From contig DAOPOS010000001.1 in assembly GCA_035358035.1 (NCBI GenBank), positions 101,909 through 165,908 of the forward strand: 64,000 bases of DNA, written 5' to 3'. The notes beneath the pieces were generated by a model. The model had not been told where the DNA came from, made no database searches, and saw only the letters and a list, made by a program, of their open reading frames with translations. The translations under genes were made by a program, and so were the position numbers. The stretch is from Syntrophales bacterium (GTDB taxonomy: Bacteria; Desulfobacterota; Syntrophia; Syntrophales; UBA2251). Below, in pieces: positions 1-8,329 of this stretch. Numbering within the stretch: the stretch's first letter is position 1; the number at the start of each line of letters is the position of its first letter.

Positions 1-63
1 GTGACGATCCCCCTGAACGAGATCGTGCTGGGGGTCAGGGGAAAGGTCCTGGCGCGCCGGTAG
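1..63 (+). CDS. 3' end of an unidentified CDS that starts upstream of the window
   Basis: Open frame from the window edge (VTIPLNEIVLGVRGKVLARR) ending at TAG 61-63. Too short to assign a family. Confidence 0.25.
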   Translation: MTIPLNEIVLGVRGKVLARR

Positions 64-124
64 ACTGCGTGGAGCGGGGCGGTCGGCGGCGTTCTGTCGA
101 ACCCGGTTGCATTCAAAGGTGCGA

Positions 125-160
125 GCCCCATAACCCCTCGGGGTTGTGGGGCTTTTTTCT
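125..160 (+). terminator. Rho-independent terminator
   Basis: 12-bp GC-rich stem (125-136 pairs with 141-152, loop CTCG) followed by TTTTTT at 153-158. Confidence 0.6.
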
Positions 161-201
161 TTCTGCGGCCCGGGCGGCCGGACCGGTGCGGAAGATGAGG
201 A

Positions 202-230
202 TTGACAAGGCCGGTCGATCCGGTTATGAG
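202..230 (+). promoter_or_regulatory. Candidate sigma-70 promoter for metH
   Basis: TTGACA at 202-207, 17-nt spacer, TATGAG at 225-230, about 100 nt upstream of the metH start. Confidence 0.35.
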
Positions 231-328
231 ACGCTGTCGGGAAAGGATTCCTCCATCCGTGGAATATAACCGTGTTTTCAATGAAATACCGATCGCGGCC
301 GAGGCAAGCCCTCCCGGGGGAGGTCGCC

Positions 329-2761
329 ATGTCTAGGCGCAGGACCTTTCGCGGCCTCTGGCGGGACGGCCTCGTCCTCCTCGACGGGGGCACGGGGACG
401 GAACTCCAGCGTGTCGGCATGCCCGCCGGGGTCTCTCCGGAGGCGTGGTGCCTCGCGCATCCTGACACCCTGAGCGGGATTCACCGCGCCTACCTCGACG
501 CCGGCGCGGCGATCCTCTACACCTGCACCTTCGGCGGCAGTCGTCCGAAGCTCGCCCCGTACGGGCACACCGACGTCCACGCGATCAACCGGGACCTCGC
601 CCGACTGGCCCGGCGGGTTGCGGGAAGGCGGGCGCTCGTCGCCGGGGACATTGGTGCGACGGGCCGTTTCGTGGAGCCCTTCGGCGACCTGCCTTTCGAC
701 GAGGCGGTGGCCATCTTCAGGGAACAGGCGGCGGGGCTTCTGGAGGGCGGCGTCGACCTCTTCGTCATCGAGACGATGCTCGACATCCAGGAGGCCCGGG
801 CGGCGCTCATCGCGGTCAAGGAGACCTGCCGGCTTCCGGTTATGGTCACCATGACGTATGAACAGGACGGCCGGACGCTGAACGGCACGGACCCGGTGAG
901 TGCCCTGATCACGCTGCAGGCCCTGGGCGCGGACGCCGTGGGGTGCAACTGTTCGACGGGGCCGGAAGCGATGGTCCCCCTGATCGCCGCCATGAAGCCC
1001 TACGCGACCGTCCCGCTCATGGCCAAACCGAACGCCGGGATACCGCGGCTCGTCGGCGACCGCACGCTTTTCGATATGGCGCCGGAGGCCTTCGGCGCGG
1101 CCGCGCGGGAACTCGCCGCCGCCGGAGCGAACCTCATCGGCGGCTGCTGCGGGACCACCGCGGCCCACATCGCCGCCCTGCGCACCGCCTTGGCGGGAGA
1201 GGCGCCGCAACCGCCCCGGCGCGGGGCGCTCGCCGCCGTCAGCTCCGCCCGCGCCCACCGGATCTTCGCCCCCGGCGATCCCCTCGTCGTCATCGGGGAA
1301 CGCCTGAACCCCACCGGCAAGAAGGCCCTCCAGCAGGAGCTGCGCGAGGGCAAGCTGGCCCTCGTCCGCCGGATGGCCCGGGAGCAGGAGGAGCGCGGCG
1401 CGGACCTCCTCGACGTGAACGTGGGCGTGCCCGGCATCGACGAGGTCAAAACCATCCGCGCGGTCGTCCGGCTCCTGGCCGCCGCAACGCCTCTGCCCCT
1501 CTGCCTCGATTCCGCCCGGGTTGACACGCTCGCCGCGGCGCTCCGGCTCTACCCCGGCCGCGCCCTGATCAACTCCATCTCGGGCGAGAAGGAGAAGATG
1601 GCCGAACTCCTGCCGCTCGCGGCCCGCTACGGGGCGATGTTCATCCTCCTGCCGCTCGCCGGCGGCGAGGTCCCCGCCACGGCGGAAAAACGCATGCAAA
1701 TCGTGCGCGACGTCTACCGGGCGGCACGGCGCCACGGGTTCACCAAGGAGGACATCGTCGTGGACAGCCTCGTCATGACCGTCGCCTCCAACCCACGGGC
1801 CGCCGCCGAGACCCTGAAGACCGTCGCCTGGAGCGCGGAGCGGTTCGGCGCCCGGACGGTGCTCGGCCTGTCGAATGTCTCCTTCGGGATGCCCGAACGG
1901 GACCGGCTGAACAGCGCCTTTCTGACCATGGCCCAGGCGGCCGGCCTGACGATGGCCATCGCGAACCCGTCGAGCGACGCCCTGGCCGATGCGCGGCGGT
2001 CGGGCGACGTCCTGCTGGGCCGGGACCGGGACGCGGCAGCCTACATCGCCCATGCGACCCAGAGCGCGCCGGGTGCGGAGCCTGTTCCTCCGGCGGCCGA
2101 CCCAGGGTCTCCGGAGGAACGGGTGCGGGAGGCCATTCTCGACGGCAACCGGGAGGAGATCGTCGCGCGGGTCGACGCGGTCCTGGCCGCCGGGACGCCC
2201 GCCGACCGCCTGGTCGACGACTGCCTGATCCCGGCGATCGTCGAGGTCGGCGACCGGTACGACCGGAAGACCTATTTCCTCCCGCAACTCATCGCCGCGG
2301 CCGAGGCCATGAAGGCGGCGCTCGCGCGCCTCGAACCCCTCCTCAGGCGGGAAGGAGCCGCCCGCGCCCACCGGGGGACGGTCCTGATGGCCACCGTCGC
2401 CGGCGACATTCACGACATCGGGAAGAACATCGTCGTCCTGATGCTGCGCAACCACGGCTTCGACGTCGTGGATCTCGGCAAGGACGTGACGGCGGAGGCG
2501 ATCGTCGCCGCCGCGCGGGAGCACCGGCCGGAGATGATCGGGCTGTCGGCCCTGATGACGACGACCATGGTCCGGATGAAGGACGTGATTGACTGGGCCG
2601 CGGACGCCGGGTTGACGGCGAAGTTTATGGTGGGGGGCGCCGTCGTAACGGCCGGGTTCGCCGCCTCGATCGGCGCCGCCTACGCCCGGGACGGCGTGGA
2701 GGCCGTCCGCGTGGCAACGGCCCTCGTCGAAGCGGTGCGGTCCGACCAGCCCGTTATGTGA
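329..2761 (+). CDS. metH: Cobalamin-dependent methionine synthase, short form without the AdoMet reactivation domain
   Basis: Homocysteine S-methyltransferase module (LLDGGTGTEL, NCSTGP, GGCCGTT). Pterin-binding module (VIGERLNPTGKK). B12-binding motif GDIHDIGKN near the C-terminus. The ATG at 329 has a GGGGGAGG RBS; the ORF track starts at 272. The protein ends after the B12 domain. Confidence 0.9.
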   Translation: MSRRRTFRGLWRDGLVLLDGGTGTELQRVGMPAGVSPEAWCLAHPDTLSGIHRAYLDAGAAILYTCTFGGSRPKLAPYGHTDVHAINRDLARLARRVAGRRALVAGDIGATGRFVEPFGDLPFDEAVAIFREQAAGLLEGGVDLFVIETMLDIQEARAALIAVKETCRLPVMVTMTYEQDGRTLNGTDPVSALITLQALGADAVGCNCSTGPEAMVPLIAAMKPYATVPLMAKPNAGIPRLVGDRTLFDMAPEAFGAAARELAAAGANLIGGCCGTTAAHIAALRTALAGEAPQPPRRGALAAVSSARAHRIFAPGDPLVVIGERLNPTGKKALQQELREGKLALVRRMAREQEERGADLLDVNVGVPGIDEVKTIRAVVRLLAAATPLPLCLDSARVDTLAAALRLYPGRALINSISGEKEKMAELLPLAARYGAMFILLPLAGGEVPATAEKRMQIVRDVYRAARRHGFTKEDIVVDSLVMTVASNPRAAAETLKTVAWSAERFGARTVLGLSNVSFGMPERDRLNSAFLTMAQAAGLTMAIANPSSDALADARRSGDVLLGRDRDAAAYIAHATQSAPGAEPVPPAADPGSPEERVREAILDGNREEIVARVDAVLAAGTPADRLVDDCLIPAIVEVGDRYDRKTYFLPQLIAAAEAMKAALARLEPLLRREGAARAHRGTVLMATVAGDIHDIGKNIVVLMLRNHGFDVVDLGKDVTAEAIVAAAREHRPEMIGLSALMTTTMVRMKDVIDWAADAGLTAKFMVGGAVVTAGFAASIGAAYARDGVEAVRVATALVEAVRSDQPVM

Positions 2762-2814
2762 CTCCCCAAAGGTCGCGCGGATCTCACCCTTTAAATTTTT
2801 CGGGACGCTCAGGC

Positions 2815-4032
2815 ATGGAGAAGAAAAAACAGCAGACCCGTTCACGCATCCTCGATGCCGCCGAGGCCCTCATCCTGGAGAGCAGCATCGAGGAGGTGAC
2901 GATTGCGAAGATCGCGGAGCGGGCCCAGGTAGCCGATTCCCTCGCCTACAAGTACTTCAAGGGCAAGAACGACATCATTTTTTCCGTGGTCGCCGAGCGA
3001 ACCCGCGAGGAAACCGCCCTTTTGCGCGAGCATCTCCAGGGCATCATCGACCCGAAATCCCGGTTGAGCAAGATGATCTGGCACATGCTGAAATACAACG
3101 ATTCGCATTCCAATCACGTGACGAATCTCCTCTTCCGGTGCCGGTCCAACAAGGACTTTTACCGATCCGAAGCGTATCGTCTGATGAAGGAATACGAAGC
3201 CATCCTCCTCAACATCCTCGAGGAGGGCGCCCGGGAGGGTGTGTTCCGGAGCGACATCGACATGAAGCTGATGAAGCACATCATCTTCGGAACGATCGAC
3301 ATCGAGGCCCTCAGCAGCATCGTCACCGGCGAAATCGAGAAGAGCTGCACGGATCTCGACGACATCATGGCCCTGCTCATCCCCATGCTGACAACGAAGG
3401 GCAAGCCCGCCGTGACGAACCGGCAGCAGGCGATCCTGCTCGCGGCGGAGAAGACCTTCGCCCGGCAGGGCTATGCCGACGCCAAGATCGCGGCCATCGC
3501 CGAGGAGGCCCAGGTGGCCGAAGGCACGATTTACGAATACTTTGCCGGCAAGGAAGACCTGCTGTTCGCCCTGTCCGGCAGGAACCTGAACGCCTATCTG
3601 GAAAGGGTTTCCAACATCTTCAACCCGCAGGCCGGCCCCTCCCCGCCGGAAAAATTATGGCGGCTGATGCGTTCCTTCGGTCTGAGCTTCCTGTCCATTC
3701 GGGACTTCATGACGGTCTACTTCATGTATACCCTGTTCAACCGCCGGTACTACCAGACCACCATCCAGCCGAAACAGAATGAATTCGCCCGGATGATGGG
3801 CCAGGTCATCGAGGAGGGCAAACAGGAAGGCACGTTTCGCGCGGACGTGAATCCGCGCGTCTTCTGGTATATGTTTCTGGGGTCCTACACCCACCTCGCC
3901 CTCCGCTGGATCATCATCGACCACAAGGAATTCGACAAGTACACGGAGGTCCGTCACCTGATGACCCTGATGATGACGGCCGCCCTCCGGGAACCCCCCA
4001 ACGTGGAATATCTGGTGCGAATCGAGTTCTGA
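2815..4032 (+). CDS. TetR/AcrR-family regulator with two tandem TetR units in one chain
   Basis: Two separate TetR N-terminal HTH signatures: RILDAAEALILESSIEEVTIAKIAERAQVADSLAYKYFKGKNDI and AILLAAEKTFARQGYADAKIAAIAEEAQVAEGTIYEYFAGKEDL. They lie about 200 aa apart, and each is followed by a helical ligand-domain-sized region. ATG at 2815 (MEKKKQ). Confidence 0.85.
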   Translation: MEKKKQQTRSRILDAAEALILESSIEEVTIAKIAERAQVADSLAYKYFKGKNDIIFSVVAERTREETALLREHLQGIIDPKSRLSKMIWHMLKYNDSHSNHVTNLLFRCRSNKDFYRSEAYRLMKEYEAILLNILEEGAREGVFRSDIDMKLMKHIIFGTIDIEALSSIVTGEIEKSCTDLDDIMALLIPMLTTKGKPAVTNRQQAILLAAEKTFARQGYADAKIAAIAEEAQVAEGTIYEYFAGKEDLLFALSGRNLNAYLERVSNIFNPQAGPSPPEKLWRLMRSFGLSFLSIRDFMTVYFMYTLFNRRYYQTTIQPKQNEFARMMGQVIEEGKQEGTFRADVNPRVFWYMFLGSYTHLALRWIIIDHKEFDKYTEVRHLMTLMMTAALREPPNVEYLVRIEF

Positions 4033-4354
4033 TTCCGCCCGCCTCCGGCCCCGACCGGGAGGACGTCCCACCGGCATCGCGACGCCCCGTCTCAGCGCGT
4101 GATATGACCGTCGGCCGTCGTTCCGGCTTCTGGCCCATTCCGTCGGACCCAAAGCACCGATCTCTTTCTTCAGAACCTGCTCCATGAGCTTCATTGTGTA
4201 TTATCACCTACGGTATTTTCATATACAATATCATTTCCATTTGACACCTAATCTATCTTATGCCAGGATTTTCTCAATCAGAAATCAAGAATGTGGGTCA
4301 TAGAAAGCCGCCGTTGGACGGCCTACACCATGTTGGGCACACCAAGGAGGAACC

Positions 4355-4778
4355 ATGAGCATGGGAAATAAAGGTTGGCCAAGAAATCAAAGTACTGGAC
4401 CAAATGGTGGACTATCTGCCGGACCGGGCGGTGGTATGTCTACAGGTCCAAATGGTGGCGCATCAACTGGGCCAGGTGGTGGAATGTCAACAGGGCCTGG
4501 CGGTGGTCTTTCAACTGGACCAGGGGGGGGGATTATCGACTGGACCAGAAGGAGGTTTATCAACTGGACCGGGTGGGGGCTTATCTACAGGTCCAGGTGG
4601 GGGACTGTCCACTGGACCGGGGGGGGGCCTTTCGACCGGTCCCGGCGGTGGTATGTCCACTGGGCTGACACCCTACTACAGTAACATCCCCCCATGGCCT
4701 GTTTTTGTAAAAGAACTTGAAAAACGGGGGATGCACCAGTACGCCGAACTTATCCGTCAATATCTCCCAAATGTTTAA
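4355..4778 (+). pseudogene. Glycine-rich STGPGGG(L/M) octapeptide-repeat protein, reading frame broken at a G9 tract
   Basis: Track ORFs 4355..4684 and 4404..4778 carry the same repeat in two frames. The frame switches at the 9-G run 4523-4531. Removing one G, or a +1 shift skipping A4532, gives one 141-aa product. RBS AAGGAGG lies before ATG 4355. Confidence 0.6.
4391..4655 (+). repeat. 11 tandem 24-nt coding repeats (octapeptide S-T-G-P-x-G-G-L/M)
   Basis: The span is 265 nt = 11 x 24 + 1. The extra nucleotide is the additional G in the 4523-4531 homopolymer. Confidence 0.9.
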
Positions 4779-4853
4779 TATGCAGAATAAATCGCATTTC
4801 ATAATGTCGCTTCGCACAGCTTCTTGGGATTATCGGTGGGCAGGAACGAAAAT

Positions 4854-5621
4854 ATGAATTTTACACATTACGACCTTGGTCAAAAAAGGGGAGGAGAAAT
4901 CATTGAGGTGACATTACAGGGAAGTGCGGCCAACGTCCGACTAATGGATTCTTCTAATTTCAATAGTTACCGAAACGGGCGGAGTCACAGATATCAAGGA
5001 GGGCTTGTTAAGAGATCGCCTTATCGACTTCAAGTGCCCAGGTCAGGGCATTGGCATGTCACCATTGACATGGCAGGGCTTAGAGGCACAGTCCGTTCTT
5101 CTATTCGTCAATTGCCGGGGGCATTGCCGACAGCACAAGAAGCTCCCCTATCATCAGTTCCTTCTCTCGTCCGAGGGAGAGAACCAGATTTTCACACCGA
5201 AGATGATCGTGAATTTGATGTTTTCATCTCGCATGCATCCGAAGACAAGGATGAAGTCGTTCGCCCACTGGCCCATTCCCTTAAACAAGGAGGTCTAAAA
5301 GTTTGGTATGATGAATTTGAACTCAAGATAGGAGATAGCCTTAGGAGAAAGATAGACAGCGGTCTTGCAAAAAGCCGTTTTGGTATTGTTGTTTTTTCTA
5401 AGGCTTTTCTTACAAAAGGATGGACCAACTATGAACTGGATGGTTTGGTAACGAAAACCGTAAGCGGGGAGCAGGTCTTGCTTCCCATTTGGCATAATGT
5501 AACAAAAAAAGAGATTATTGATTATAGTCCTTCTTTGGCTGACAAAGTTGCGAGAAACACTTCCACTCATACAGTGGAAGAAATCGCTGAAGAAATAGTT
5601 ATGCTTATCAATGGGGATTAA
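4854..5621 (+). CDS. DUF1883-TIR fusion protein
   Basis: The N-terminus MNFTHYDLGQ..GSAANVRLMDSSNFNSYRNGRSHRYQGG..SGHWHVTIDMAG matches the DUF1883 pattern. The C-terminus has TIR motifs FDVFISHASEDKD and KGWTNYELDG (the SxWCxxEL-type motif with the catalytic-position Glu). ATG at 4854; the track starts at TTG 4824. Confidence 0.85.
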   Translation: MNFTHYDLGQKRGGEIIEVTLQGSAANVRLMDSSNFNSYRNGRSHRYQGGLVKRSPYRLQVPRSGHWHVTIDMAGLRGTVRSSIRQLPGALPTAQEAPLSSVPSLVRGREPDFHTEDDREFDVFISHASEDKDEVVRPLAHSLKQGGLKVWYDEFELKIGDSLRRKIDSGLAKSRFGIVVFSKAFLTKGWTNYELDGLVTKTVSGEQVLLPIWHNVTKKEIIDYSPSLADKVARNTSTHTVEEIAEEIVMLINGD

Positions 5622-5759
5622 ACTAATCTCATAAAACCAAATTGCCCAACAAGGCGCTTTCAGTCGGACGCTCAAACAGCTGCGCGCCGCTGAAGCGCAA
5701 CGTTAGGGCAAGAGAAAAAGATACCGCAAGACAAAACCATACAGGAAAGGTCGGATCAG

Positions 5760-6143
5760 ATGGCACAACCACGGGCGTTTATCAGTTTCGAAATGGAAGA
5801 TAAATGGGCACGCGACTTCCTTGTTCAGCAGGCGAAGGACCGGAAGAACGATATTGCGTTCTACGATTATTCAGTGAAAGACCCCTTCGACTCCAAATGG
5901 AAGACGGAGTGCAGGAAGCGGATCGCGATGACGAAAGGCACCATCGTCTTGGTCGGCGAAACCACATGGAAATCTGAGGCCGTCCTGTGGGAGATCGCTG
6001 AGACAATTAGTCAAGACCACTATATCTTTGGAATCCAGATCAACAGGGACAAGACCCACACAATCCCCAAGGGCTTGCCCAGCCGGAACGTGATACGCTG
6101 GGATTTCGAGCAGATCGTAAAGTGGTTGAAAACATGGGTATGA
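5760..6143 (+). CDS. ThsB-type TIR-like protein (DUF1863 family)
   Basis: AFISFEMEDKWARDFL...GTIVLVGETTWKSEAVLWEIAETI...IFGIQI...VIRWDFEQIVKWL follows the DUF1863/MTH538 TIR-like pattern, including the W-E-I Glu. Confidence 0.85.
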   Translation: MAQPRAFISFEMEDKWARDFLVQQAKDRKNDIAFYDYSVKDPFDSKWKTECRKRIAMTKGTIVLVGETTWKSEAVLWEIAETISQDHYIFGIQINRDKTHTIPKGLPSRNVIRWDFEQIVKWLKTWV

Positions 6144-6149
6144 TCAGTC

Positions 6150-6983
6150 ATGTATCTTGACGACATTGCTTCACGAATCCGGTCACACATCCCAGATGAC
6201 CAGATGCCAGATGAGAACGCAGAGGAGCTGTTGCGCCTTTATGCAGTTCTTCTTCGCGCGAAGGGCACGGGCATTACGGAAAGCGATATCCATGACGCTT
6301 GGTCGGCGTGGATGTCCACACGTGACGAGTCTCATAAGGCTCTTGTCAATTATGAAGATCTCCCACCCGAAGTTCGCGACGCGGATAGTGTCTTCGCGAG
6401 TGCTGTCCGGAAAGCGGCTCAGGAGTTGGGACAAAGCAACGTGCTCCTCCCTGAGTTTGAAAGAATACTTTTCCCGTCGGGTCCCCCTGCCGATGTTGAA
6501 TCCACCCAACAGGCGCTGGATCTCTACAAAATCATGGTATCGAGTTCCGAGAGCTTGGTGAGCCGTCGTCAGGCGGTCAACACGTTCTTTTTGACAATGA
6601 ACGGTGCGCTTCTGACCGCCTTCGGAATTATTGTCAAGAGTTCTGGCGCAGATCAGCTAAGTGCTCTCGGTATCTTTGTCTTGGCTGTCGCCGGAGCGAT
6701 TCTCTGTGGGGCGTGGCGAAGTCTTATCACGTCATTCGGGCAATTGAATCGGGGCAAGTTCCAGGTGATCAACACGATCGAACGATACTTGAAGACAGCA
6801 ATATACAAAGCCGAGTGGGAAGCTCTCGGTCGCGGCGAGAACCCTAAGATATATAGATCTTTCACATCACGAGAGATATGGGTTCCGAATGCGCTTCTTG
6901 CGTTGCACGTTTTGGCAGCCATAGCCGCGCTTCTTGTGGCAATGGGATATGTCACCTGTGGAGCGGGAGGAGCTACGCCCTAA
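6150..6983 (+). CDS. Membrane protein with an unassigned helical N-domain and 3 predicted TM helices; candidate effector
   Basis: Starts 6 nt after the ThsB-like stop. Residues 1-~135 are soluble. Hydrophobic segments lie at about 143-162 (VNTFFLTMNGALLTAFGIIV), 170-192 and 243-267. I could not assign a family. Confidence 0.7.
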   Translation: MYLDDIASRIRSHIPDDQMPDENAEELLRLYAVLLRAKGTGITESDIHDAWSAWMSTRDESHKALVNYEDLPPEVRDADSVFASAVRKAAQELGQSNVLLPEFERILFPSGPPADVESTQQALDLYKIMVSSSESLVSRRQAVNTFFLTMNGALLTAFGIIVKSSGADQLSALGIFVLAVAGAILCGAWRSLITSFGQLNRGKFQVINTIERYLKTAIYKAEWEALGRGENPKIYRSFTSREIWVPNALLALHVLAAIAALLVAMGYVTCGAGGATP

Positions 6984-7062
6984 CAACATCTTGGACACGT
7001 ACGCAAGTAAGCCGCGCTGCTTCGATCTGCGGCTCCCTTGCGCCGGTCAAGGTGGACGTTAG

Positions 7063-8328
7063 ATGCCAAGACGGAATGAAAAGGTCGGCGCGACGAACCC
7101 GAGAAAGAGCAGGCAGAAGGTGAATTACGAGATCAAGAAAGACAGAACGTGGCTTGTCCGCGAAGAAGAACGGGTCTACGAGGCTAGGAGCCAAGGCGTT
7201 CTTGGCAGGAAACGCAAGCGGTTCCGATTAATCGATGTGTTCTCCGGCGCGGGAGGGATGACACTCGGATTCTCGAAAATGTTCGGGCACGCATTCGATT
7301 CTGTTTGGGCCAACGATTTTGACGATGCCTGTGTGCATACGTATCGCAGGAACTTCGGAGACCACTGTGTATCAGGTGACATCGTGGATATTCTCGACGA
7401 TCCGAAAACGGAGATTCCATCCGCCGACGTCGTCATTGGCGGGCCACCGTGCCAAGGGTTCAGCCTTCTGAATAAGAACCGCGAGGGCGATCCGCGAAAG
7501 CAACTGTGGCGTCCTTTTCTTGATATTGTCGAGCGTTCCGGAGCTCAAATATTCGTCATGGAGAACGTGCCCCAGCTACTGGGTTCTTTCGAGCATGGTG
7601 AAATCATGGGCACGGCTGAAGCCTTGGGCTTCAGCTGCTGGGGAGAAGTTCTTTGCGCAGCCGACTACGGTGTTCCGCAGACTCGCCGTCGGGCGATCAT
7701 CGTCGGGTGCAAGTTTTTCGACCCGTCTCAGGTTTTTCCGCCGCGGAAAACACACTTCGACCCGCGCAAGGGGGGCGCACAAATCTCCTTTTTGCAGGCC
7801 GACAGCAAAGGGTATCTGCCTGGCGCCGTGAAGTGGCGCACGGTGTGCGATGCGATTGCGGATCTTCCGCCGCCGAAGGGAACGGAGATTCGTGAAGAGG
7901 CCCCACCGCTTGATCTCCACTTCGGACGTTCTCCTACGCCGATGAGCATGGCCCGATACAAGGTGATTCCTGAAGAGGGCATGAACCGTTTCGACCTACA
8001 GAAGCGTGCGCCCGATCTGACTCCCGGTTGCTGGATTCGGAAGAAAAGCGGCGGCACGGATCTTTTCGGTCGGCTGTGGTGGGACCGTCCTGCGTTCACG
8101 ATTCGGACGGAGTTCTTCAAGCCGGAGAAGGGCCGGTATCTGCACCCGAAACAGCACAGACCGATAACGCACCGAGAAGCAGCGCGTTTGCAGTCCTTCC
8201 CGGATGAGTTCGTATTCACGGGATCGAAAATCGAGATTGCGCGGCAGATTGGGAACGCCGTGCCGCCGCGCCTAGCGGCACGCGTGGCCGACGTGGTGTA
8301 TCTGCTCCTGACGATGAACAACCGGTGA
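7063..8328 (+). CDS. DNA (cytosine-5)-methyltransferase
   Basis: Motif I DVFSGAGGMTLGF, motif IV GGPPCQGFS, motif VI FVMENV, motif VIII QTRRR, motif X GNAVPP. Confidence 0.9.
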   Translation: MPRRNEKVGATNPRKSRQKVNYEIKKDRTWLVREEERVYEARSQGVLGRKRKRFRLIDVFSGAGGMTLGFSKMFGHAFDSVWANDFDDACVHTYRRNFGDHCVSGDIVDILDDPKTEIPSADVVIGGPPCQGFSLLNKNREGDPRKQLWRPFLDIVERSGAQIFVMENVPQLLGSFEHGEIMGTAEALGFSCWGEVLCAADYGVPQTRRRAIIVGCKFFDPSQVFPPRKTHFDPRKGGAQISFLQADSKGYLPGAVKWRTVCDAIADLPPPKGTEIREEAPPLDLHFGRSPTPMSMARYKVIPEEGMNRFDLQKRAPDLTPGCWIRKKSGGTDLFGRLWWDRPAFTIRTEFFKPEKGRYLHPKQHRPITHREAARLQSFPDEFVFTGSKIEIARQIGNAVPPRLAARVADVVYLLLTMNNR

Positions 8329-8329
8329 C

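Noticed and set aside
69-269. 66-codon ORF between the upstream gene and metH.
   Set aside because: It spans a clear terminator hairpin and a promoter-like element, has no RBS, and has an Arg-rich composition. This is probably non-coding leader or intergenic sequence. I also looked for a B12-box or SAM-riboswitch core upstream of metH and saw none.
278-2845. Very long antisense or alternative-frame ORFs. Examples: 278..2845 minus, 16816..18969 plus, 19730..22060 plus, 23426..26002 minus, 27654..30086 minus, 42367..44922 minus, 42447..44858 plus, 46705..48930 minus, 48849..50594 minus and 60050..63595 plus.
   Set aside because: They lie opposite or out of frame to genes with clear family motifs. 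Their translations are Arg/Gly/Pro/Asp-rich low-complexity sequences, typical of stop-poor shadow frames in high-GC DNA.
4090-4194. The minus-strand ORF start MKLMEQVLKKE at the left island edge faintly resembles group II intron reverse-transcriptase N-termini. A downstream YHALRRG faintly resembles a tyrosine-recombinase box.
   Set aside because: Only about 10 residues of resemblance, no RT or recombinase body follows, and the ORF then runs antisense into the TetR gene. The evidence is insufficient.
4391-4655. Regular 24-nt periodicity that could superficially suggest a CRISPR-like or minisatellite array.
   Set aside because: There are no spacers. The units are contiguous, in frame, and encode a coherent octapeptide repeat. 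This is a coding tandem repeat.
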